Part shown: one piece after another, positions 1 through 10,049 of the stretch
How positions within the stretch are numbered: position 1 is the stretch's first letter
How the letters are laid out: each line of letters begins with the position of its first letter
Source of the DNA: Actinomycetota bacterium
GTDB lineage: Bacteria > Actinomycetota > Acidimicrobiia > Spongiisociales > UBA5794
NCBI GenBank assembly: GCA_030125685.1
Contig: JASJYA010000001.1
Location: 1 to 46,588 of the forward strand
Direction of reading: 5' to 3'
Length of the DNA stretch: 46,588 nucleotides
Position numbers and translations under genes: made by a program
The notes under the pieces: model-generated
Database searches by the model: none
The model's input: only the letters and a program-made list of their open reading frames with translations
What the model was told of the DNA's origin: nothing

Positions 1-153
1 CCTCCACCTCTGCCCCGCCGGCCAGAACTTTCTATCGCCTTGAATTTCATCGGAGCGTGACGGAGATGTCGGATCCTTCGGTGGTAGCCGTACGTATAAC
101 GCGACCGAGCATTGCACAGCCAACGACACCCCGCTCATCTCCGGAGTCCCGGA

Positions 154-612
154 TCAGGCTGACACCCGACCGTCGAGTACGTCAAGGATGATCGTCACAG
201 GGCCGTCGTTAACGAAACTGACCTGCATGTGAGCTCCGAAGACGCCTCGCTCCACAGCCAATCCGCGTGCCGCGAGGCCGGAGCAGACGGCCTCAACGAG
301 CGGTTGGGCGACCGTGGGATCCGCTGCATCCGTGTACGACGGCCTCCTCCCCCTACGCGTTTCAGCCAGAAGCGTGAACTGGCTCACGACGAGAACGGCG
401 CCGCCGACCTCCTCAATAGACAGATTCATCCTCCCCGTGTCGTCGGGAAACAACCTCATCTCGCAGATCTTGCGCACGACCGTGTCGACATCAGCTTGAT
501 CGTCGCCTCTCGCCACCCCGATGAGGAGAACGTACCCCCTTTCGATCTCACCGACGGCTCCGTTCTCGACGGTCACTCGAGCTGACGAAACCCGCTGAAT
601 CACGACGCGCAT
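154..612 (-). CDS. dtd: D-aminoacyl-tRNA deacylase
   Basis: 152-aa ORF with MRVVIQRV N-terminus and SQFTL and GPVT motifs typical of Dtd. GGAGG lies 4 nt upstream of the ATG. Confidence 0.9.
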   Translation of the reverse strand: MRVVIQRVSSARVTVENGAVGEIERGYVLLIGVARGDDQADVDTVVRKICEMRLFPDDTGRMNLSIEEVGGAVLVVSQFTLLAETRRGRRPSYTDAADPTVAQPLVEAVCSGLAARGLAVERGVFGAHMQVSFVNDGPVTIILDVLDGRVSA

Positions 613-657
613 ACCACCTCCACCGTTGCCTGGCAGACCGAAACTACACTTGTCGAG

Positions 658-1578
658 ATGATTCGATCAATCTTGTTGTCTGTGACGCGCGGTTTCGTGA
701 TGGGGGCCGCGGACATCGTTCCCGGTGTATCAGGAGGGACGATTGCACTCATCTTCGGCATTTACGAACGACTCATCGCGTCGATCAAGTCAGGTTCGTC
801 CGCACTGGGCGCCATCCTCAAGTTCGATGGAGGAGGTTTCAAACGGTGGATGGGCAGGGTTGAGTGGACTTTCATCCTTCCGCTCGGCGGGGGCATTCTG
901 CTCGCCGTCGGATCTCTCGCTTCAGTGCTTGAGCATCTCCTTGATACCCAGGCCGTGTTGATGGCCGCGCTCTTCGGTGGACTCGTCGCGGGTTCCGTGG
1001 TCGTTGCCTGGACGATGATCCGACACCCGCTGAGCCGCCATGTGTGGATTGCGCTCGGTGTAGCAGTCGTCGTGTTCGTCGGCCTTGGCCTCGGCGGCGG
1101 CACATCCGCCGAGACAGTCAGCCAGGTCAGCCAACCCGCGATGTGGGCGTTCTTCACCTCGGGCGCCATTGCGATCTGTGCGATGATCCTCCCTGGGATC
1201 TCGGGTTCCTTCATCCTCGTACTTCTCGGCATGTACGCTCCGCTCCTAAACGCCGTTACCAGCCGCGACTTCGCGACGCTGGCGGTCTTCATGTTCGGCG
1301 CTGTTATCGGACTGGCCCTGTTCTCACAGGTCTTACACCGCGCACTGACTCTTCACCACGACGTCGTGATCGCATCTCTCGTCGGGCTGATGGCCGGCTC
1401 CCTCCGAGTGCTCTGGCCCTGGCCACACGGAATCGAATCGGTGGCGCTTGCGGCGCCTGACAGCGATGTCCTCGTGGCGACCCTGATCGCAGTCGCAGCA
1501 TTCGTCGTCGTGATCGTGGTCGCCCGTTTCGCGCAGCGGCTCGAAACTGTCGATCATCCCGCGTCAGCGGTCGGTTGA
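658..1578 (+). CDS. DUF368 family integral membrane protein (PopT-like polyprenyl-phosphate transporter family)
   Basis: Polytopic hydrophobic ORF with the duplicated signature PGVSGGTIALIFGIYERL and LPGISGSFILVLLGMY characteristic of DUF368. Confidence 0.8.
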   Translation: MIRSILLSVTRGFVMGAADIVPGVSGGTIALIFGIYERLIASIKSGSSALGAILKFDGGGFKRWMGRVEWTFILPLGGGILLAVGSLASVLEHLLDTQAVLMAALFGGLVAGSVVVAWTMIRHPLSRHVWIALGVAVVVFVGLGLGGGTSAETVSQVSQPAMWAFFTSGAIAICAMILPGISGSFILVLLGMYAPLLNAVTSRDFATLAVFMFGAVIGLALFSQVLHRALTLHHDVVIASLVGLMAGSLRVLWPWPHGIESVALAAPDSDVLVATLIAVAAFVVVIVVARFAQRLETVDHPASAVG

Positions 1579-2799
1579 GGCATCGTCGTTTCGCACCCCG
1601 ACCAAGTCAGGCGACAACAACCGGAACAGCACCGGACTCAGAATTGCAGTCACGCCGACAAGCAGCACGGCGCCCGCCGCGAGACCCTCGCCGATGACGC
1701 CGATCTGGACGCCGACCTCAGCAAGGGCGATGATCACGCTCAGTTGACCGGCCAGGAGAACACCTGCACCGAGGCTGTCGCGCAGCGTGAGTCCTCGCAG
1801 CATCAGAAGCGGCGCCGGGATGAGCTTCGCTGCGATCGCCACAACAATGACGCCGAACGCTGTGACAAGTACAGCGGAGTCCGCCAACGCGTCAAGCGGG
1901 AACCGGATACCGACTGATATGAAGAAGATCGGAATCAAGAATCCGTATGAGAAGCCTGCGAGGCGAGCCTCGAGATCGCCGGAGTTCCGGAACACGAACG
2001 TGAACATCGCTCCTGCCATGAACGCTCCCAGTATCGGATCCATCCCCAAGGCAAGCGAAATGCCGACGAACACGAACAGGAGCGAGAGGCTGAAGCGAAT
2101 CCCCATCTCATCTGGATCGTTACCGACAAAGAGTCGCTCGGCTCGCTCCGGGTACCACCAGGCGAGCGTCCGCATCAGCCACAGCGTGGCGAGGAGGATA
2201 AGGACAAAGAGCGGCACGGCGAGGAGCTCTATGCCCCAGCCGTTCTTGATCCAGACCGCAAATACGATGATGGCTGTAGCAGCAAGAAACTCGGCAAGGA
2301 TGCCGATCACGATTGTCATCTGTCCCTGCTGTGTTCCAGACCGCTTCGCGCCCCGAAGCGCGGGGATGATAATCCCCAAGGATGCGGCCGAGATGAGCAG
2401 CGTCAGGAAAATTTGCTCGTTGATGTTGTCCAGGCCCACCAGTCCAAGTCCGAACCAGGACAACACGACTATCAGTCCGTAGAAACCAAAACCGAACAGG
2501 ATCGGCCCCCGGCCTTCACGCTCTAGCGATGTGAAGTTGATCTCGAAACCGGCGAGGAACATAAGGAGGAAGAGTCCGAGCTCTGCGAGCACAAGGATGA
2601 ATCCCTCGGAAGCTGTCTCGGTAGAGATCAATCCCAGGATTTGAGGGCCGATGAGCAACCCGAACATGATCTCAAGGACAACCGCAGGGAGGCCGACGCG
2701 ACGCGCAACGAGGGGTAGAAGGAAGGCAGCGAGGCCGATGACGATGAACGTCGTCGCACTCGGCAGAACACCTCCGACTGCGAATACGACCTCAGACAT
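1564..2799 (-). CDS. cation:proton antiporter (CPA2/Kef-type, no fused RCK domain)
   Basis: About 12 TM helices with the Na+/H+-exchanger-like segment FLLMFLAGFEINF. Start refined to ATG 2799 (MSEVVF), 4 nt after the stop of the upstream RCK gene. The ORF track extends to GTG 2838. Confidence 0.8.
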   Translation of the reverse strand: MSEVVFAVGGVLPSATTFIVIGLAAFLLPLVARRVGLPAVVLEIMFGLLIGPQILGLISTETASEGFILVLAELGLFLLMFLAGFEINFTSLEREGRGPILFGFGFYGLIVVLSWFGLGLVGLDNINEQIFLTLLISAASLGIIIPALRGAKRSGTQQGQMTIVIGILAEFLAATAIIVFAVWIKNGWGIELLAVPLFVLILLATLWLMRTLAWWYPERAERLFVGNDPDEMGIRFSLSLLFVFVGISLALGMDPILGAFMAGAMFTFVFRNSGDLEARLAGFSYGFLIPIFFISVGIRFPLDALADSAVLVTAFGVIVVAIAAKLIPAPLLMLRGLTLRDSLGAGVLLAGQLSVIIALAEVGVQIGVIGEGLAAGAVLLVGVTAILSPVLFRLLSPDLVGVRNDDASTDR

Positions 2800-2803
2800 G
2801 TGC

Positions 2804-4249
2804 TCAGCCCCCCGAAGGAACGAACAGAACGGATCCACTACCGCGACTCGCCGCCCAGACCGCCGTCCCGGGCCGGATCCTGCTCAGCCTCCCCTGTGGC
2901 ATCGCGACAACGAGCAGCGAATCAGTCGTATTCGCCTCGGCTAGTACCTTGATCAAGTTTCCTCGTACCACATGCCTCTCTACATCGACGTCCTGTACTG
3001 AGGCCTCCCTCCGTAGCCACGCAGTCGCGTCCCTCATCTGCTTGAGGTCGTCAGAGCCCATGAACAACGGGTTCGCCACAGCGACACCGACCACCTTCAT
3101 TCCTGCACGCCGAGCAATGTCGATCGCGGCTCGCCCGGCGGTGTCACCCGAGATCGTGCGCCTCGCAGGTGCAACAATTTCGTTGAAGGCCGGGCCGCCC
3201 CTCGTCAAGAGCACGGGAACTCCCGCCGGCGCGAGCTTGTTGAGGAGGGCGGGTATGGCCGAATATGGGCGGGTCATGGATCTCGCAGCCATGGGCGCCA
3301 CGATCGTGCCGACACTCTCCTCGGCGGCGACAGCCATCACACCGTCAGCCAGGTTCCCCGCAACCGGTCGCAGGGCTATTTCAACGTCGAGCTCCTCGTT
3401 CGTTGCCGTGGCGATTAACCGTGTCATCTCTTCAGCGGACACGATGCTCTTGATGGACTCTGGATCCCGGTGCACGATTGTGAGTCCGACGGCATTCGTA
3501 TTCCGAACGAAGAACGCCGCCTCGGCGACCACACTCTGCCGGTCGTGCGCGTCACTCATGGCAACCACAACGTGCGAGCCGAAGTTGAGAGGGAATCTCG
3601 ACACACCACCCGCGAATGTCCGCACTACCTGAGCGAAATCGGTCGCCGACCCGACCACGGTCACGCGGTCGCCGGTGAGGATCCGAGTAATACCGTGGGG
3701 CACGACGAGGTTTCCGTCGCGCAGGATTGCCGCGACCACCCACTGCTCCGAGTGGATCTCCTTCAAGGCCTTCCCCTCGACCGGCGAGTCCGGGGTGATC
3801 TCGAACTCAATTGCTTCAGCCCGTCCATCCGCGAACGTCGTTGAGGTGACCTGGCGGGGCTCCATTGCAACCTCCATGGCCCGGGCCGCGAGGAGAGCCG
3901 GAGCGATGATGTCGATACCTAGCTCGCGGTACTCGTCCAGGCGCCCCGGCAGCCTGACGAGGCCCACAACCTGTTCCACGTCCGCGGCTCGAGCGAGTCG
4001 AGCCACTTCGAGGTTCACGTCGTCATCTCCTGACGCGGCAACCACGACCGCGGCGCCGTCTATTCCTGCCTTGCCGAGAATCAAGGCGCTCGTACCGTCG
4101 CCGAGTACGGTCTCGATGTCCCTGATCTTGGATATCGTGGCCAGTCGATCTTCGTCCGGATCAACGACGGTGACCGCCCAGTTATCCCCGAGTCTTCGGA
4201 TCAGATCACGTGCGCTTGCACCGGCGCCAACAATTATGACTCGCATCAA
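2804..4249 (-). CDS. RCK (TrkA-N/TrkA-C) regulatory protein fused to two USP-like domains
   Basis: Rossmann start MRVIIVGAGASARDLIRRLG, then a TrkA-C-like segment (EFEITPDSPVEGKALKEI...DRVTVVG). The C-terminal half has two USP-like repeats ending in VPVLLTRGG and GSVLFVPSG. Confidence 0.7.
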   Translation of the reverse strand: MMRVIIVGAGASARDLIRRLGDNWAVTVVDPDEDRLATISKIRDIETVLGDGTSALILGKAGIDGAAVVVAASGDDDVNLEVARLARAADVEQVVGLVRLPGRLDEYRELGIDIIAPALLAARAMEVAMEPRQVTSTTFADGRAEAIEFEITPDSPVEGKALKEIHSEQWVVAAILRDGNLVVPHGITRILTGDRVTVVGSATDFAQVVRTFAGGVSRFPLNFGSHVVVAMSDAHDRQSVVAEAAFFVRNTNAVGLTIVHRDPESIKSIVSAEEMTRLIATATNEELDVEIALRPVAGNLADGVMAVAAEESVGTIVAPMAARSMTRPYSAIPALLNKLAPAGVPVLLTRGGPAFNEIVAPARRTISGDTAGRAAIDIARRAGMKVVGVAVANPLFMGSDDLKQMRDATAWLRREASVQDVDVERHVVRGNLIKVLAEANTTDSLLVVAMPQGRLSRIRPGTAVWAASRGSGSVLFVPSGG

Positions 4250-4292
4250 TCCTCCCGGCCAGGAACGACCCGGCTGGCGTCAGTGGCTCGAA

Positions 4293-5486
4293 TCATTGTG
4301 TGGCATTATGCCGGTTTTCTGCGGCGTCGTGCTCGCGGCTGACCGAACCGGGACCGATCGCTTCGGCGAGTGTCATCTCCTCCACGGCTTCCGCTGACAG
4401 GCCGGACGCGACAAGAAGCTCCACCATCCGGTCCCATCCTCCTTCCGTACCCGTGGCGCCGAGAATACGGCCGTCAAACCGCGGGAGGAGACTTGATTGT
4501 GGTTCGGCGTCGGCCCGTGCCTGGTGGTGGGGGTGGTTAGGGGCGTCCGACATCGTGAGCACAGGGGTCACACACGCGTCCGTTCCGTCGAACACGCGCT
4601 CCCAGTGTGCCCTGGTGTTGCCTGCGAATCGGTCTGCGAACTGCACTTCGAGATCCGGCCAGTTGGAGGGATCGAATCGATTTGGGAGCTCCGCCTCTGC
4701 AATCCCGAGACCCTCGACGAAGATCGAGTAGAAAAGGGGCTCAAGGGCGCCGACAGCCATGAAGAGACCATCGCTCGTGCGGTACGTTCGGTAGAACGGC
4801 GCTCCGCCGTCAAGCATGTTCGATGCTCGCTGGTCGGACCACAGTCCGGCGTCCGCCATGTCGCGAATTGGTGCGAGGAGGCTCGAGACACCGTCGATCA
4901 TTGCAACATCTACCACGCTGCCCTTCCCGGAGGTGACCCGCTCGAGCAGTCCTGCCAGCACCCCAATCAACGCGAACATCGAGCCGCCGGCGAAGTCGCC
5001 GACAAGATTGAGGGGTGGCACGGGCATGTCACTCGAACCGATCGCTGCGAGGGCGCCCGTAAGCCCGATGTAGTTGATGTCGTGGCCTGCCGTCTGCGCG
5101 TACGGGCCGTCCTGGCCCCAACCCGTGAGACGCACGTACATGAGCCCCGGGTTGGTTTCTGTGAAACGCTCCGGGCCGACGCCAAGGCGCTCCATCACTC
5201 CTGGTCGATAGCCTTCGAATAGGACATCAGCGTCGTCGATGAGCGCTCTCGCTGCTTGTTGACCACCCTCGGACTTGAGATCGATCGCGATCGTCGTTCT
5301 TCCCCGCAGCCCGAGCTTGGTGAGATAGTCGGGCAGCTCATTCGTGTTCTTGGATAATCGCTCAATGCGGATCACGTCGCACCCGAGATCCGCGAGCATT
5401 GTGACCGCGTGCGGACCGGGGCCGATACCGGCGAACTCGATCACCCGAACGCCCTTCAGCGGTCGCGATACTTGGGAGTCGGTCAC
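4293..5486 (-). CDS. family III CoA-transferase (CaiB/BaiF; alpha-methylacyl-CoA racemase-like)
   Basis: N-terminal LKGVRVIEFAGIGPGPHAVTMLADLGCDVIRIE is typical of CoA-transferase family III. A 4-nt overlap links it to the upstream gene. Confidence 0.85.
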   Translation of the reverse strand: MTDSQVSRPLKGVRVIEFAGIGPGPHAVTMLADLGCDVIRIERLSKNTNELPDYLTKLGLRGRTTIAIDLKSEGGQQAARALIDDADVLFEGYRPGVMERLGVGPERFTETNPGLMYVRLTGWGQDGPYAQTAGHDINYIGLTGALAAIGSSDMPVPPLNLVGDFAGGSMFALIGVLAGLLERVTSGKGSVVDVAMIDGVSSLLAPIRDMADAGLWSDQRASNMLDGGAPFYRTYRTSDGLFMAVGALEPLFYSIFVEGLGIAEAELPNRFDPSNWPDLEVQFADRFAGNTRAHWERVFDGTDACVTPVLTMSDAPNHPHHQARADAEPQSSLLPRFDGRILGATGTEGGWDRMVELLVASGLSAEAVEEMTLAEAIGPGSVSREHDAAENRHNATQ

Positions 5487-6418
5487 AGCGTACCTATGCG
5501 CTCGATAACCAGCGAGAAGAACCGATCCGCGTCGACTTCTGTCATGACCGTCGCCGTCGGCGCCCCGCCTTCAACTTCGTAGGTGTTGCCGATCGACCCC
5601 TCGTTGTTGTGATCGATCGCCACGTGGGCGGTATGCCCCCTAAATATCGACGGGTCGATCAGGTAAGCAATCACGCACGGATCATGAAGCGGAGCTCCCA
5701 CTATGTCATATTTGTCTACATCGTGTTTTTCGTAGAACCTGATCATGCCTGCCGCAGCATCAGCGACAGGTGACCCGAACGCCTCGAGCCCCTCTACGTG
5801 GACGGGCGCCATAAGCGCCTTGTGCGTCACGTCGAGCGGAAATATCGTCAGCGGAGCGCCTGCGGTAAAAACGACATGCGCTGCATGAGGATCGACGAAC
5901 GCATTGAATTCGGCGAGGGTCGTCGTGTTCCCCGTCTCCTTGAAAGCTCCCCCCATCCACACTATCTCTCTGATCTTTGGAACGATCGACGGTTCCTTGA
6001 CGATCGCCATCGCGATGTTCGTCAGAGGGCCGATAGGACAGAGCGTCACCGTCGCGTCGCCGGACGCCAGACACCGGTCGATGATCGCATCGACGGCATG
6101 CTCGGGTTCGGCGCCGCGTGAGGGCTGCGGGAGAATCGCTCCGTCGACCCCACTGGGCCCGTGAACGTGTTCGGCCGTCGCGAGGTCTCGCAGCATCGGG
6201 CGTTCACACCCTCGGTACACGGGGATGTCCTCCCGGTCTGCGAGGGCGAGCAGACCGAGCGCGTTCTCCGTCACGAGCGGTTGCGGGACGTTCCCCGCGA
6301 CCGTCGTCACGGCTTCGACGATGAGTTCCGGCGAACCGAGAGCAAGAAACAGCGCGATCGCGTCATCCTGGCCAGGGTCGGTGTCAAGGATCAATGACCG
6401 CTTGGTTGTCTCCGTCAT
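5483..6418 (-). CDS. nucleoside hydrolase (inosine/uridine-preferring family)
   Basis: N-terminal aspartate cluster LILDTDPGQDDAIALFLAL (DxDxxxDD). Overlaps both neighbours by 4 nt. Confidence 0.85.
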   Translation of the reverse strand: MTETTKRSLILDTDPGQDDAIALFLALGSPELIVEAVTTVAGNVPQPLVTENALGLLALADREDIPVYRGCERPMLRDLATAEHVHGPSGVDGAILPQPSRGAEPEHAVDAIIDRCLASGDATVTLCPIGPLTNIAMAIVKEPSIVPKIREIVWMGGAFKETGNTTTLAEFNAFVDPHAAHVVFTAGAPLTIFPLDVTHKALMAPVHVEGLEAFGSPVADAAAGMIRFYEKHDVDKYDIVGAPLHDPCVIAYLIDPSIFRGHTAHVAIDHNNEGSIGNTYEVEGGAPTATVMTEVDADRFFSLVIERIGTL

Positions 6419-7269
6419 GTGATCTCTCTCAAGGCTCTCTCGACGTCTCTACGTATCGGCATGGCAGTCCTTGCTCCAATCTGTGTGGTGGCGAGCGAGG
6501 CCGCAACGGCCGCCCACTTCGCGGCGTTCAGGACAGCTTCGCCGCGCGCCACGGCTTCTGCGAATGCGCCACAGAAGGTGTCTCCCGCGCCGGTCGTATC
6601 AACAACTTCGACCTCGATCGATGGTACGTGGTCGGATGTTCCACGCGCCTCGACACTGACGCCCTCGGCGCCAAAGGTCGTGATCACCGTTAACGCGCCG
6701 GTCTCGGCGCCTTCCAGCGCGACCGTTCGTTCATGCTCGTTGACGATCAATGTGTCGACGTGACCGAGGAGCGCCTTCGGCAGGGGTGTCGCCGGGGCAG
6801 CGTTGAGGATCACGGTCCCCGTTGCAACTTGTACCGCTTCTATCGCAACGGCCATCTCTACTTCGAGTTGAACGAGTACGACAGAAGCCATGGCAATGGC
6901 GGATCGATCGCCATCGGAGAGGGTAAGGACGTGATTCGCGCCGGGGTATACAACGATGGAGTTCTCCCCGTGGGCGTCGACGGTGATTGCCGCCAAACCC
7001 GAAGATGTTCCCCCTGCGATTTGCACACGGGTCACGTCAACTCCCTCTGACGCGAGATCGTCGCGCATCTCCGTGGATTGCGCATCGTCCCCTACCGCGG
7101 CGACCAGCGTCACCACCCCGCCAAGCCTCGCTGCCGCCACGGCCTGGTTCGCTCCTTTGCCACCGTAAATTGTGTGCAAGGCCGATGCCGTCACTGTCTC
7201 ACCGGGCGTCGGGTGACGCTCAACCTCGAAAACAAAGTCAATGTTCACGGACCCGACAACGGCGATCAT
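6415..7269 (-). CDS. rbsK: ribokinase
   Basis: PfkB signatures GGKGANQAVAAARLG and DTTGAGDTFCGAFA. Confidence 0.85.
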   Translation of the reverse strand: MIAVVGSVNIDFVFEVERHPTPGETVTASALHTIYGGKGANQAVAAARLGGVVTLVAAVGDDAQSTEMRDDLASEGVDVTRVQIAGGTSSGLAAITVDAHGENSIVVYPGANHVLTLSDGDRSAIAMASVVLVQLEVEMAVAIEAVQVATGTVILNAAPATPLPKALLGHVDTLIVNEHERTVALEGAETGALTVITTFGAEGVSVEARGTSDHVPSIEVEVVDTTGAGDTFCGAFAEAVARGEAVLNAAKWAAVAASLATTQIGARTAMPIRRDVERALREIT

Positions 7270-8504
7270 GCGGATCGCTCGATCCGGAATATCGATCCTC
7301 GGTGGGAAACCACGTAGAGCTCGCCGTCGCCACCGATCCCGAACGCTGAAGGCGCCCGCAGTGCTCCGGTCGATTCGGTCCAGTCAATCATGGAGCCCTC
7401 GGGCGCATAACTCCACAGCGTTCCTGAACAGAAGTCTGCGAAGAAGTAATGGCCGTCGAGTTCGGGGATGAGATCGCCACGATATACGTGACCGCCGGTG
7501 ATCGAGCATCCCTGGTCGCGGCGATACTGGGTGACGGGGAGCGTGAGCCCGCTCGCATCACAACCAGAGCTCCTAAAGCACTCAGAGCCTTCCATGATCG
7601 GCCAGCCGAAGTTGAGGCCCGCAGACGCCGCTGGAACGACGTTGACCTCCTCGATCCTCTCCTGTCCCACGTCCGCGATCCAGACCTTGTCCAGATCGAA
7701 TGAGAACCGCCACGGATTGCGCAGGCCGATGGCGTACACCTCTCGCGCACCGCCGACGCCGTCAGCGAAGGGGTTGTCCGGTGGAATCGCGTAGCGATCG
7801 GGGCCGTCGCCAGGTACCGAAATGCGCACCATCGAGCCGAGCAGCGTGTGGGGATCCTGCCCATGTCCGAACCTGTCGTTCGATGCTCCCCCGTCCCCCA
7901 TCCCGATCCACAGGTACTCCTCAGGCCCGAAGGCGATCATCCCTCCGTTGTGGTTACCAGCCGGTTGGCCGATCCTCAGGATCACCAACCTCGACTCGAT
8001 GTCAAACACTCCATCTCGGACCTGGAATTCCTCGATGACCGTGCGCCCCCTGTTGTCGGTGTAGTTGACATACGCGAGCCGATTCGCGTCGAAACCGGGG
8101 TGGAATGCGAGACCGAGGAGGCCCTGCTCACCACCGAACCGCACATCGCTCGCGATGTCGAGCACGACGACGTGCTCGGCGGCGTCGGCCCGCACGATAC
8201 GCCCAGGCTGTTCAACGACGAGATCCGCTCCACCGCCTGGATCCGCGACGAGCAGCACGGGGTGATCGAAGCCTGAGCCGACCTCGGTCAACGTCAGCTT
8301 GAGCTCCGAAATTGGAAGAGTCGTGGTCGACGGTTGTTGGACCGTCGTTGTCGTCTCGGTTTCGCTCGTCGTCGTCGGTGGATCCTGTGTCGTTGAGGTC
8401 ACGACCACGAGAGCGGTTGTGGACGTCTGCTCGGCGTTGCTTGTCGAACACGCCGCAACTGCTATGACGGCAGCAAGCACGCCGACTACGAAGATTCGAT
8501 GCAT
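7266..8504 (-). CDS. PQQ-dependent sugar (glucose/sorbosone) dehydrogenase, lipoprotein
   Basis: Signal peptide with lipobox (AVIAVAACSTS), a Thr/Ser-rich linker, and a beta-propeller region with GNHNGGMIAFGPEEYLWIGMGDGG. Confidence 0.8.
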   Translation of the reverse strand: MHRIFVVGVLAAVIAVAACSTSNAEQTSTTALVVVTSTTQDPPTTTSETETTTTVQQPSTTTLPISELKLTLTEVGSGFDHPVLLVADPGGGADLVVEQPGRIVRADAAEHVVVLDIASDVRFGGEQGLLGLAFHPGFDANRLAYVNYTDNRGRTVIEEFQVRDGVFDIESRLVILRIGQPAGNHNGGMIAFGPEEYLWIGMGDGGASNDRFGHGQDPHTLLGSMVRISVPGDGPDRYAIPPDNPFADGVGGAREVYAIGLRNPWRFSFDLDKVWIADVGQERIEEVNVVPAASAGLNFGWPIMEGSECFRSSGCDASGLTLPVTQYRRDQGCSITGGHVYRGDLIPELDGHYFFADFCSGTLWSYAPEGSMIDWTESTGALRAPSAFGIGGDGELYVVSHRGSIFRIERSA

Positions 8505-8522
8505 TGCTCCAGCGTACCGCCG

Positions 8523-9971
8523 CTACCGGAACGCCGCGTTCTCCTGGTTCGTCAAGAATTCGTATATCTCCACCATGTCCACCCCCGGAATGGTCTCTAC
8601 GGGCATCGCCGCGAGGACGTGCGAATTCGGGCGGACCGACGACCACGAATTGCCGTTCCAACGTTCCGCCATCCTGTCTGTGACGGTGCGGCAGCACTCG
8701 CCGTCAGGGCAGTCGGACGTTGATCTCCGGTCGGTGTTCCAACCCCTGAACCACTTTGCCTCCTCGAAACGGACACCCACTGTGATCGCTGCGTATGGTT
8801 CGTCAACGGTTTCCACGAACGTCGCGCACCAGAACGTGCCTTCGCTCGTGTCTGTGTATTGGTAGTGAATCGTGTACCTGGCGTCGGACACGAAGGCCTG
8901 ACGCGTTCCCCACTCCCTGCACAAGCGCTGCCCCTCGATCGCCCCGATCGAATTCGCCGGGAAGGGGACACCGTTGTTCGAATACGCCTTCCATATGATG
9001 CCTTGGTCGTCGGATCGAACGAAGTGAGTCTTCAGACCCAGATGCTCGGTAGCGAGGTTCGTAAAACGGTGGCCCGCCATCTCATAACTCACGAAGAACC
9101 GATCCTTCAAATCCTCAACAGAGAGATTCCGGTTCGTCTTGGCGTCGAGAAGATACGGCACCGCGACAGCCTCCGGCACGAGCACGGCCCCCGCGAAATA
9201 GTTCGATTCGACGCGCTGTCTCAGAAACTCCGAGAAGTTCTTCGGATCAGGATGGTCGAGTGCGAAGTGGCCCAGGGTCTGGAGGACGACGGTTCGGGAA
9301 CGCTTCGAATCGAGGCTGTCCCTACCGTGCACATACAACTTGCCGTTGCGCATGTCGGTCACAGACCGCACCGACGCGGGCACGTCCGGCGTTCGGATCA
9401 CTTTGAAACCGAAGTGGCCTGCCAGCTTGTTGAGGTCACCCTTCGACATCGCCCCCTGGCCCTCATACCCGATCGCTGCAACCGCACGCGCCGCGAGCGC
9501 TTCAATCTCGGCGAAATAGTTCCCGCGCTCGGTCATCTCCGCCCTGAGCTCGGCGTTCACCGCTCTCGCCTCACTTCTCGTGAACGAAGCGGATTTCTCC
9601 CTCCCCCTCAACTCCCCGTACAGTCTCACGATGTGTTCGAGGGCTGCATCGGGAAGGCGGGCCGTCGGCTTCAGATACGGAAGGCCGAGATCGCGATACG
9701 CCTGATCACGCTGAGCACGCTCAATCGCCACCTCCATCTCCGCCCTTCGCGAGGGCGCGTCCGCGGACAGGAGATCAGAGACGTCCACCCCGAGCGATAC
9801 CGAAAGGTCGTTGATCAGGCCGAGCTTGGGCTCCTTCTTCCCGTTCTCTAGGAGCGACAGGAAAGGTGCGGGCTTCGACACCTTTGCGCCAAGGTCGTCG
9901 AGGGTCATCCCTGCCGCCTTTCGGTAGTGCCGAACGCGTTGTCCGAAGACGAGTGGGTCGATTACTGCCAC
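8523..9971 (-). CDS. ramB: XRE-family HTH regulator with ImmA/IrrE-like and DUF2083-type C-terminal region (RamB-like)
   Basis: N-terminal [43 protein letters not shown] in a long 482-aa architecture. Divergent from aceB-aceA, as for RamB in Corynebacterium and Mycobacterium. GTG start with AAGGAG 8 nt upstream. Confidence 0.7.
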   Translation of the reverse strand: MAVIDPLVFGQRVRHYRKAAGMTLDDLGAKVSKPAPFLSLLENGKKEPKLGLINDLSVSLGVDVSDLLSADAPSRRAEMEVAIERAQRDQAYRDLGLPYLKPTARLPDAALEHIVRLYGELRGREKSASFTRSEARAVNAELRAEMTERGNYFAEIEALAARAVAAIGYEGQGAMSKGDLNKLAGHFGFKVIRTPDVPASVRSVTDMRNGKLYVHGRDSLDSKRSRTVVLQTLGHFALDHPDPKNFSEFLRQRVESNYFAGAVLVPEAVAVPYLLDAKTNRNLSVEDLKDRFFVSYEMAGHRFTNLATEHLGLKTHFVRSDDQGIIWKAYSNNGVPFPANSIGAIEGQRLCREWGTRQAFVSDARYTIHYQYTDTSEGTFWCATFVETVDEPYAAITVGVRFEEAKWFRGWNTDRRSTSDCPDGECCRTVTDRMAERWNGNSWSSVRPNSHVLAAMPVETIPGVDMVEIYEFLTNQENAAFR

Positions 9972-10026
9972 AAACTTTTCTCCTTCATCACATTATGCGA
10001 AACATCAGCCGTTTTTATCCTTGCAG

Positions 10027-10049
10027 CAATTTGCTTTTAGCGCAAATTG
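10027..10049. promoter_or_regulatory. candidate RamB-type operator: perfect 8-bp inverted repeat CAATTTGC-N7-GCAAATTG
   Basis: Read directly in the AT-rich 112-bp divergent ramB/aceB spacer. The half-sites contain the TTTGC/GCAAA core of the C. glutamicum RamB box (A[A/G]AACTTTGCAAA). Confidence 0.45.

Noticed and set aside
1-153. Possible partial genes at the left edge: a plus-strand frame ending at TGA 58-60, and a minus-strand ATG at 50 reading MKFKAIESSG.
   Set aside because: The stretch is too short, with no SD and no recognisable motif, so it cannot be supported.
8859-9851. Long antisense ORFs opposite well-supported genes. Examples are 8859-9851 (+), 32174-33217 (-), 30727-31575 (-), 11089-11970 (-), 18103-18987 (+) and 25833-26693 (+).
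   Set aside because: Their products are Arg/Pro/Ser/Ala-rich with no recognisable motifs. Each lies fully inside a gene with strong family signatures on the other strand. This is typical shadow-ORF behaviour in GC-rich DNA.
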